From sequence record MW388002.1: a DNA stretch of 64,000 nt; one strand, written 5' to 3'. This document shows, in pieces, positions 22,959-30,997 of the stretch; position 1 is the stretch's first letter, and every line of letters starts with the position of its first letter. This DNA is from Acinetobacter phage Mokit. Under the pieces are notes generated by a model. The model saw only the letters and a list, made by a program, of their open reading frames with translations. It was not told the DNA's origin and did not search any database. A program made the translations under genes and the position numbers.

Positions 22959-23122
22959 AGCAATAACTCAGTCTCTAGCAAAATGTCATCATTAGATTCC
23001 AAAACAGGTAAATCTTGAATGTGCTGCAAGCAGTGTCCAGGATGGACAGGTCCTTGATCAGTTTCAACTACCAGTGCTTCATCAATCGGCATCTTACATA
23101 CCGAACAAATACGTGTTTCCAT
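22955..23122 (-). CDS. small Zn-ribbon-like protein (55 aa; CSVCKMP…HPGHCLQH)
   Basis: Hand-translated; sits downstream of a middle-promoter-like element. Confidence 0.3.
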   Translation of the reverse strand: METRICSVCKMPIDEALVVETDQGPVHPGHCLQHIQDLPVLESNDDILLETELLL

Positions 23123-23187
23123 TATTATTCTCCTATATCGTATATATATTTATAGACTCTATACATCTAAATCATCAGAAACTCTAT

Positions 23188-23239
23188 CTTCTCCGACCAA
23201 ATAGATAAATTTAGAGCGGTGAACCGTAGAACCATTATA
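23188..23239. repeat. copy A of a ~53-nt dispersed repeat (CTTCTCCGACCAAATAGATAAATTTAGAGCGGTGAACC-GTAGAACCATTATA)
   Basis: Near-identical copy at 55199-55251 (one 1-nt indel). On the minus strand the repeat begins with TATAAT. Confidence 0.85.
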
Positions 23240-23303
23240 CCATACAAATTTTGTAAAGCATTTTATGCTTATAAATAAGGCGATTTATATGATCAAATTT
23301 TAA

Positions 23304-23702
23304 TCACTCTGATCTATCACCGCTTAATTGTATTTTAATTTGTTCTAATGTGTCAGGGTTATCTAGAATGCTAAATGTAACCGTAACAATTATTGCGTTA
23401 TTGTCATATTGTGCTTGCACTGCAACATTAAGTCTAACTATACGAGGTTCGTAGGTTCTAATTGCAGATGTTATGCTTTTTTCTACTGTGTTGACAGTCA
23501 GTGGTGACATATTTTCAAAAAGCGCGTTGCCAATGTCGCATCCAAATTCTGGATCAAATGGGCGAGAGCCTTTAGGTGTGGTAATAATTCCTAATAAGGA
23601 GTTTTTAACTGCTCTTGCTCCTACAGACGCTGCGACATCCATATTCCATGCACGAGTAAGTTCAGGAGAAATATCCGTGTAGAGGTCATTAATATTTTGC
23701 AT
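23304..23702 (-). CDS. 25: baseplate wedge protein gp25
   Basis: 132 aa, as in T4. SLLGIITTPKGSRPFDPEFGCDIGNALFENMSPLT is nearly identical to T4 gp25. Confidence 0.95.
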   Translation of the reverse strand: MQNINDLYTDISPELTRAWNMDVAASVGARAVKNSLLGIITTPKGSRPFDPEFGCDIGNALFENMSPLTVNTVEKSITSAIRTYEPRIVRLNVAVQAQYDNNAIIVTVTFSILDNPDTLEQIKIQLSGDRSE

Positions 23703-24346
23703 TATAAAATCTCGACAAATTCTTTGAAGCCTTTAATAACATGTACATGAGCCTTGCCGCATTGTGCGCAAGTTATTGGTACTACTAAAACCGGCATAGG
23801 AGCTAATAAGAATTTTTTGATATAATTAATATCATCTTCTGTTATTGCATTGTACAAGTCTTCAATTTCTAATTCATTTAAGTCTTCAATCAAAATTTTC
23901 TCATTGCCAACGTAAATTGATTCTATAGACTTTGCAATCATTGTAGGAACGTCATCGTCATCCCATAGTTCAGGCCATTTAAACGCGAGTTTAAATTTTC
24001 TAAATGGGTACAATTTTTCTAATGAAGATTCACCATAGTCAATTTGTGCTTTAGACACATCTAAATTGACTGGCTGTGTATGTCCACACTCACAAACATA
24101 ATCTTGTTTGACTTCACCAAAATGTTCAGAATTTGCAATAAGATTTATGAGAACTAATTCCGCATCATGTTTAGGAAGGTTTGTTAAGCCAGTACACTTA
24201 TTAATTATTTCCGTGTAAACAGATTTCATTGCATCAGATGTCGGAGAATCCTTAGAAATAATTAGTTTAGTGTAGTCGTGTAGCGTATATGATTTACATT
24301 TGACAAGTTGGCCGTTTAATTTAACATCAAAAGTTTTTTCAAACAT
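23702..24346 (-). CDS. 26: baseplate hub protein gp26
   Basis: 214 aa (T4 208 aa); synteny; co-oriented with gene 25 as in T4. Confidence 0.75.
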   Translation of the reverse strand: MFEKTFDVKLNGQLVKCKSYTLHDYTKLIISKDSPTSDAMKSVYTEIINKCTGLTNLPKHDAELVLINLIANSEHFGEVKQDYVCECGHTQPVNLDVSKAQIDYGESSLEKLYPFRKFKLAFKWPELWDDDDVPTMIAKSIESIYVGNEKILIEDLNELEIEDLYNAITEDDINYIKKFLLAPMPVLVVPITCAQCGKAHVHVIKGFKEFVEIL

Positions 24347-24376
24347 GTTTTAGCCTACAAAAAGTTTTATTAAAGG

Positions 24377-24388
24377 TATTTATAAATA
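24377..24388. promoter_or_regulatory. overlapping palindromic late promoters TATTTATAAATA (minus-strand TATAAATA 24377-24384, plus-strand 24381-24388)
   Basis: Sits in the divergent 26/51 intergenic region, 23 nt upstream of the gp51 ATG. Confidence 0.55.
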
Positions 24389-24411
24389 TTTTTAATAAAA
24401 AGGAGGCTTAT

Positions 24412-25167
24412 ATGGCTAATATTATCAGATGTAGATTGCCTGATAGCATTCATCGATTCAAGCCGTTTAACGTAGCTGACTATAGAGATTTCTTATTAGT
24501 TCGAAATGATATGATGACAAAAGATGCATCAGAACAATTAGAAATAGTTAACGAGTTAGCTGAAGATTATTTCGGTGAATATCCAAAATCCTGGCAACAA
24601 TACTTATTTCTAAATGTGTTTACTGGGTCTGTTGGCAAAACTAAAGTTCCTATTATTTTCGAGTGTCCGACTTGCGGCAAAACACAAAAACGATTATTTA
24701 ATTTATCTCAAGATGAATTAGTTGCGCCTTTAGTTAAATTAGATGATACTACAGAATTAGAGTTCAAATTTCCGGACAAAGTTTATTCTGACAATGCAAA
24801 GCTTGTTCTTGAAAATATAGACAATGTAAAATATAACGGCGAAGAGTACAAATGGGAAGACTTAGATACTGACACTCAAGACACTATTATCGAGATGTTA
24901 GATTTTGAAAAGTTTGAGCATATCGTCAAAAAGCTGAAGCCATTGCACTTTGAAATGAATATATCGTGTTGTGAAAGTCATGTTATAGTATTTGACGACT
25001 TGGCATCGATTTTTAGACTTTTAATAAATCCAGATGAAGTATTTCCGTTTTATGAGATCAACAACATTTTGATCAAAAATAATTATGATTGGAATTCTAT
25101 AATGAATATGCTGCCGGCTGAAAGAAGTATTGCTCTTTCAATGATAGAAAAGGATAGTAAACAATGA
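24412..25167 (+). CDS. 51: baseplate hub assembly catalyst gp51
   Basis: 251 aa (T4 249 aa); CxxC pair; synteny. Confidence 0.75.
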   Translation: MANIIRCRLPDSIHRFKPFNVADYRDFLLVRNDMMTKDASEQLEIVNELAEDYFGEYPKSWQQYLFLNVFTGSVGKTKVPIIFECPTCGKTQKRLFNLSQDELVAPLVKLDDTTELEFKFPDKVYSDNAKLVLENIDNVKYNGEEYKWEDLDTDTQDTIIEMLDFEKFEHIVKKLKPLHFEMNISCCESHVIVFDDLASIFRLLINPDEVFPFYEINNILIKNNYDWNSIMNMLPAERSIALSMIEKDSKQ

Positions 25168-26747
25168 CAATGCAAAAACCCGGGTATCCTAACGTAAGCA
25201 TAAAACTATATGAAGATTATGATGCTTGGAAAGAAAATAGATTTGTTGAATTAGCTGCCACATTTACTACTCTCACATTAAGAGATGGGTTATATGGTAT
25301 CAATGAAGGAGTTCTCCAGTTTTATGACTCCAAGAATTTGCATGCTAAACTCAATGGCGAACAAATAATTCAAATATCGCTATCAAATGCAAATTCCAAA
25401 GATGTTATTACACGTATCTATGGGTGCAACGATACTGCAGTATCAGTTGATGAAAAGGGAGACAATATACTTGCATTTAATTTAAGACCATTGCATGTTG
25501 TCGAAGATGTTAAATTTAGCCGAGCATTTTTTGCTAATGCTACTGAATCTATTGAGACAATGATAAAATCGATTTATAACAATAAAGCACAGCTTGCGCC
25601 TAAAGTTAAAGGTCTTAACGTATATGTTCCTCGAGTGGCTTGGGTAAGCACGATTACCGATTATTTCGAATATGTAAGAGAAGTTGGCCTTTCTGTTGAA
25701 TCTGAAACTCATCCATTTGTATGGGAAGATTTCACAGGCATTAATATTTCTGATTACAAATTCATGATTGATCAGAAGCCAAGAGTCATGGTAGTCGGTG
25801 ATCCAGCACAAATTGGTGCGTATATCGCAAACATGAAAGAGCAATTGGCTTATGACTTTACATGGCTAGCTAAAACTAACAGAAATGTCAGAAATCCATT
25901 AGAAAATGTTACAGTGTATAGTCATTCATTTAACGATAAAGAAATTCAACGAATTTCAATCGGAGAAGGAACTAATTCTGTTGTTGTATCTCGTTCAGGC
26001 GGATATTCGGAAATGACATACCGTAATGGATATGAAGAAGCATTTCGATTGCTAACAATGGCTCAATATGACGGATATGCAACATGTAAGGTTATAGGTG
26101 ATTTTACTTTGACGCCGCTCCAAAAAATCGTATTTGGCGACAAGAAGGGACAATTTAAAACTGAATTCTATATCGATGAGGTAGTTCATGTTATTACAAA
26201 CAACTCATCTGAAACTCATCTTTATGTTTTTACAAACGGGAAGGATTTAGTTCCAGTAAATATCGAAAAAATAAAAAATGAAATTGAGACAATTACACCT
26301 CCTTCAGACACCGTTCAGCCTGAAGCATCTGCCGACAAGAAAGGTGCACAATGGGATTTAGATAAGCTCGCCGAAGTTGTCACAAAGAACGCACAAGGGC
26401 GTAAATCCACAGGTGAATGTGCGTTATATGTTCGTAAAGCACTCCAAGCTGCACAACTTGAAAATTTCTTTGCTGGTGGCCTAGGGAATGCAAATGAAAT
26501 GCCACCGCGTCTAGTCCAAATGGGGTGGATTGCAGTCGGTCAAAACGTAAAAAATGTAAAGAAAGGCGATATCGCAGTTTTCCAAAGAACAAATACACGC
26601 CTTGGTCAGAAATATGGACATGTTTGTATTTTCACAGGTACACAATGGGTCTCTGATTTTATCCAATCAGGAGTTCAGCCAAATAGAAGTGATAATTTAA
26701 CATATACAGTATATAGAGCACGTTATGGGTATAGTGCAGGAGGATAA
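25164..26747 (+). CDS. 27: baseplate hub protein gp27 with a C-terminal CHAP-type peptidase domain
   Basis: The first ~390 aa align with T4 gp27 (RPGYPN, NRFVELAAT, IVVSRSG.YSEMTYRNGYEEA, HLYVFTN). An extra ~135 aa (GECALYVRKAL…GNA…KGDIAVF…YGHVCIF) carries the Cys/His CHAP signature. Confidence 0.85.
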   Translation: MTMQKPGYPNVSIKLYEDYDAWKENRFVELAATFTTLTLRDGLYGINEGVLQFYDSKNLHAKLNGEQIIQISLSNANSKDVITRIYGCNDTAVSVDEKGDNILAFNLRPLHVVEDVKFSRAFFANATESIETMIKSIYNNKAQLAPKVKGLNVYVPRVAWVSTITDYFEYVREVGLSVESETHPFVWEDFTGINISDYKFMIDQKPRVMVVGDPAQIGAYIANMKEQLAYDFTWLAKTNRNVRNPLENVTVYSHSFNDKEIQRISIGEGTNSVVVSRSGGYSEMTYRNGYEEAFRLLTMAQYDGYATCKVIGDFTLTPLQKIVFGDKKGQFKTEFYIDEVVHVITNNSSETHLYVFTNGKDLVPVNIEKIKNEIETITPPSDTVQPEASADKKGAQWDLDKLAEVVTKNAQGRKSTGECALYVRKALQAAQLENFFAGGLGNANEMPPRLVQMGWIAVGQNVKNVKKGDIAVFQRTNTRLGQKYGHVCIFTGTQWVSDFIQSGVQPNRSDNLTYTVYRARYGYSAGG

Positions 26748-27300
26748 AATGGGAAATATTAAATTAGATTTAGTTCCAAAAACTAAAGTTATTGAAGTTA
26801 ATGGTAAGCAAATAAAAGTACCTAAGCTTGGACTAAAACATAGAATGCTCATAAAAGACGCTTCAAACCATGAAGAAACTATGAAAGTGTTATTAAATTA
26901 TATTCAGCCTAATTTGTCTTTAGCTGAACGAGATATATTAACACTTCATCTATTAGAGTACAATGGGAGATTAAAACAATCTGTTGAAAAGGATGGATTT
27001 GTATATAAGCTCGATGATGTTTATATTTGCCAACAATTAAAGTTTTCTTATGGTGAGTATGAATTTAAATTTAGATCGCCATCGTTTGAATTGCTTAAAG
27101 GGCCATTAGATATTCTTCTAAATCAATGTTGTGTAAGTGTGAAGCACAAAGGCAAGAAAATTGATACTCCGGATTTTATGCAAATGCCGGCATTTGTGCA
27201 TAGATGGGGAGAAATGATAACAAATACAGTCGCAATAAAGGGCCCTAATGGTACTGAAATAAAAGGATTGTATAAAATAGTGGAGCTATTAAGTGAATAA
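26725..27300 (+). CDS. 28: baseplate distal hub protein gp28
   Basis: ~180-190 aa; position after gene 27. Confidence 0.7.
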   Translation: MGIVQEDKMGNIKLDLVPKTKVIEVNGKQIKVPKLGLKHRMLIKDASNHEETMKVLLNYIQPNLSLAERDILTLHLLEYNGRLKQSVEKDGFVYKLDDVYICQQLKFSYGEYEFKFRSPSFELLKGPLDILLNQCCVSVKHKGKKIDTPDFMQMPAFVHRWGEMITNTVAIKGPNGTEIKGLYKIVELLSE

Positions 27301-28999
27301 TACGTTTTCTCAAAATAAACTTCCGTCTGAGCAAACCAGTCTCAGACGAGCTCCTAAGCCTTCTGAAGACGCTCCGGCAAATGATGAGAATTTTGATACA
27401 GTGCCTGAACCGGAGGCAATTGATGGCGCAAGTATTTCAGGAATTGAAAATAATACTTCAGCTCAAGTAGAAGTGTCAAAACTATCATTGGGGCTTCAGG
27501 ATTATCAAACTCAACAACTACAAGAAATAGCTAATTCAGCTGTTGAAATCTCATCAAAACTTAGCATACTAAGTGATCGTCTTAAGCAGAAATATGAAGC
27601 ATCCATACCTGTAGCTGACGCGCCTATTGCAAATGCAGATTCAACATCAGAGGTGTTAGCAAATAAATTAAAGCCTGAAGCCAAAGAACAAGTTGCACCT
27701 GCGCCTATTGAAATTGCTCCAAAAGAGAAAAAACCATCAGAAGATTTATTATCGGGTGGCCCTAAAGTAGATGGTGCACCTAATGTTGGGCCTGCATTAG
27801 TAGTAAACGCTATAAGTTCGGTCAAGGGTGCAATAGTAGAAGGATTTAAAAAGTCTACAAGTATCGCGGATAAAATTTCTGGGATGCTATTTAAATTTAC
27901 GGTATCTCAAGCCGTAGGTGCGGCTAAGATTGCTCTAGCTATTGCTGCGATAATTCTTGGTATCGACTTGCTAAAAATTGCATGGCAGGTCTGGGGCGAC
28001 AAAATCATGAAAAAATTCGAAGAGTGGACAGAAACTTTTTCGAAATGGTGGGATGGGTTTAAAGAATGGTCATCATATTTCTCTGACATGAAAGATTCAT
28101 TTGAAGGCATGAAAGGCGATTTGACCGGCATTAGAAATGCATGGGAATCCGGCGATTGGCCTGCATTAGCTTCAGCAATAGGCACTGCGTTCATAGATGG
28201 AATCAAAACACTTAGTGGAATACTTGATAGAGTAATTACAAAATTAATCTCAACTATTTTGGATAAATTAGGGTTCTCTAAAGCAGCAAAAGCTATTGAA
28301 GCTGAAGGCTTGCAAAATTACCAAAACATGACAAATAATAGATTGTCTCCTGAAAATCAGAGAAAACTAGCCGAAGAGCAACTCAGACGTGAAAAATCGG
28401 ATGGGCTCACTCCTACTCAACGCGGTAAGACATCATTTTTACCAGACTCTTGGAGAAAAAGCTTAGGTTTAATTTCAAAGGATGAGTATTCGCAAATCCA
28501 AGCAGAAAAGAAAGATCAAGCGGCTCGTAGAGGTTTAAGCCATGAAGATCAGATAAAGGCAATTGCGGCATCAAATGAAGCAAGAGAATCTATAGCAAGA
28601 TTTAAAAATATTGCAGATAACGTCAATCCAAATGACGCAAAACAAGTTGCAGAAGCCGATAAATACAAGAAAGAAGCACAACAGTATATTAATAGTCCAG
28701 GATTAGCGCTAGTCCCAAGTGTCAAAGCTGAATTGCAGTCACAATTAGATAATTATAAAATGAAGTCTAGTACAAATACTGCAGTTAAACCTGATAAATC
28801 TGCTAATACTAAAGATACTCAACTTGTCCAGAACATTAAAGTTGCAGAAGCTCAAAAGGCTGCAGCACAAACCAAAGCTTCAACATCCACTGCTAATGTT
28901 CAAACAAACATTGTTAAAACCAATAAGAGTTATAACGTCCAAACTCCAATAACTGGAACTAGAGCTCCAGGCGTATTTAGAGCTACAGGCGTCAATTAA
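27293..28999 (+). CDS. 29: baseplate hub / tail length determinator gp29
   Basis: 568 aa (T4 590 aa); low-complexity and helical; synteny. Confidence 0.75.
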   Translation: MNNTFSQNKLPSEQTSLRRAPKPSEDAPANDENFDTVPEPEAIDGASISGIENNTSAQVEVSKLSLGLQDYQTQQLQEIANSAVEISSKLSILSDRLKQKYEASIPVADAPIANADSTSEVLANKLKPEAKEQVAPAPIEIAPKEKKPSEDLLSGGPKVDGAPNVGPALVVNAISSVKGAIVEGFKKSTSIADKISGMLFKFTVSQAVGAAKIALAIAAIILGIDLLKIAWQVWGDKIMKKFEEWTETFSKWWDGFKEWSSYFSDMKDSFEGMKGDLTGIRNAWESGDWPALASAIGTAFIDGIKTLSGILDRVITKLISTILDKLGFSKAAKAIEAEGLQNYQNMTNNRLSPENQRKLAEEQLRREKSDGLTPTQRGKTSFLPDSWRKSLGLISKDEYSQIQAEKKDQAARRGLSHEDQIKAIAASNEARESIARFKNIADNVNPNDAKQVAEADKYKKEAQQYINSPGLALVPSVKAELQSQLDNYKMKSSTNTAVKPDKSANTKDTQLVQNIKVAEAQKAAAQTKASTSTANVQTNIVKTNKSYNVQTPITGTRAPGVFRATGVN

Positions 29000-29008
29000 G
29001 GTACTAAA

Positions 29009-30100
29009 ATGAATTTTAAAGAATTAGATACTAATTTTTTGGCAAAGGCTGGGTCGATCATTTCGGCCGGCCAAAGCCAAAAGTCTAAAGAGACTCAAGT
29101 AAAAACATTAACCGCACAATATCCTGCTGAACGTTCTTCTGGATATGATAGCACTGGGGATTCTAGAGAATTCGATCAATTGTATCAAAATGGATTATTG
29201 TTTACCGCATACGAGTATTCTTCACGAGTAACACCAAACTTACGAGATATGCGTACTGCTATGCAGAAACAATATAACATTAGTAAAACTATTGAAAAGA
29301 TTAGCACGGCAGTAATGAGTGTCCGTGGTGGATCCACGTCAACCGAATCAGATTTAGCAAAAAAACCTGTAGCAAACTTATTGTTGCCACGTTCAAAAAG
29401 CGACTCAGATATGACTAATCATAAGTTTAATGATGTAGGAGAATCGCTTGTTACACGTGGCAATGGTTCAATTACAGGCATTCTGTCGAACATGGCATCT
29501 ACTGCCGTATTTGGGGCTATTGAATCCGTCACACAAGGTATTATGGCTGACAGTGGCGAGCAAATTTATAATACAGCACGTTCTATGTATGCCGGTGCAG
29601 AAAACAGAACAAAAACATACACCTGGGAATTTACTCCACGTACACCAGAGGATTTGACACAAATTCTTAAAATATATGAAATTTTTAACTTTTTCTCATA
29701 TGGTATTACTGGAAATTCTCAATTTGCAAAAGACGTCAAAAAACGAATTGATGATTGGTACAAAACTACAATTATCAATAAAGTAAATGAAGAAGTTGGA
29801 GCAAAGACTCAGAAAACCTTTATGGAATCGGTTACTTCGTTTTTGTCAAACGTGATTGTTGTATCAAATCCTACAGTATGGTTTATACAAAACTTTGGCA
29901 CTCAATCAAAGTATGACGGCATCGCAGATATATTTGGCCCGGCTCAAATATCGAGTATTCGTTTTGATAAAGCCCCTGATGGGAATTTCAATGGTTTATC
30001 GATTGCCCCAAATATGCCATCTACATTCATTCTTGAAGTTACCTTCAGGGAAATCTTAACTCAAAACCGTGCATCAATTTATGGAGAAGATGTTCTATGA
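29009..30100 (+). CDS. 48: baseplate tail-tube junction protein gp48
   Basis: 363 aa (T4 364 aa); synteny. Confidence 0.75.
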   Translation: MNFKELDTNFLAKAGSIISAGQSQKSKETQVKTLTAQYPAERSSGYDSTGDSREFDQLYQNGLLFTAYEYSSRVTPNLRDMRTAMQKQYNISKTIEKISTAVMSVRGGSTSTESDLAKKPVANLLLPRSKSDSDMTNHKFNDVGESLVTRGNGSITGILSNMASTAVFGAIESVTQGIMADSGEQIYNTARSMYAGAENRTKTYTWEFTPRTPEDLTQILKIYEIFNFFSYGITGNSQFAKDVKKRIDDWYKTTIINKVNEEVGAKTQKTFMESVTSFLSNVIVVSNPTVWFIQNFGTQSKYDGIADIFGPAQISSIRFDKAPDGNFNGLSIAPNMPSTFILEVTFREILTQNRASIYGEDVL

Positions 30101-30975
30101 AAAATACTGCTATTGCATTGACATTAGACGAGTTTAATAGTCAAATTGCAAATCATGATTTCCAGCGGACCAACATGTTCTCTATGCATTTTGCGACTAG
30201 ACCTTCATCTAAGTCGCAACAGTATCTTGGACAGATTGCAAACCGAAGAGACGATAGTATTGCTTCTACGTTAGATGCACTAGGAATCACCAATGAAAAT
30301 ATACAAAATGCTATCACTTCAATCATAACTATCGGGACACAAAAGGTCATTCGAAAGGCAGGTGTATCTAAAGTACTTATGGGTGCGATGACAAATCGTG
30401 TAGTTCAGTCACTTTTAGGTGAACTTAATGTAGGTACATATTTACTCGAATATTTTGATATGGCCTTTCCTACATCAGGCTTATTAGTTCAATCGTGTAA
30501 AATACCTGACAATCATCTAAATTATGAAATGGATCGCCAGCATAATGCTCCAAGTGTAAAAATCACAGGCCGAGACTTTGAGCCACTTGTAATTACATTT
30601 AGAATGGATTCAAAGTCTGCAAACTATCGTGCCATGATAGATTGGGTTAATGCAGTAGAAGATCCTATTACTGGGCTTCGTGGGTTACCAATTGATGTAG
30701 AAGCTGACATTCAAATCAATTTGCACGGGCGTGACGGATATCCACACACTGCATATATGTTTACTGGATGTATCCCTATGGTAGTAGGTGGTCCACAGTT
30801 ATCGTATGAAGATAATAACCAAATAACTACATTTGATGTAACTTATGCATATAGAACTATGCAAGTCGGTGCAATTAGTCTGAATGCCGCAAAAGAATGG
30901 ATGGAAAATTCAGCAATAGGCTTGCAAAAAACTCAATTGGATACAAATATGAACTTTACATCAAGATTGGCATAA
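30097..30975 (+). CDS. 54: baseplate tail-tube initiator gp54
   Basis: 292 aa; start coupled to the gp48 stop; synteny. Confidence 0.75.
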   Translation: MKNTAIALTLDEFNSQIANHDFQRTNMFSMHFATRPSSKSQQYLGQIANRRDDSIASTLDALGITNENIQNAITSIITIGTQKVIRKAGVSKVLMGAMTNRVVQSLLGELNVGTYLLEYFDMAFPTSGLLVQSCKIPDNHLNYEMDRQHNAPSVKITGRDFEPLVITFRMDSKSANYRAMIDWVNAVEDPITGLRGLPIDVEADIQINLHGRDGYPHTAYMFTGCIPMVVGGPQLSYEDNNQITTFDVTYAYRTMQVGAISLNAAKEWMENSAIGLQKTQLDTNMNFTSRLA

Positions 30976-30997
30976 ATACAATCATTAGGAGATACTT

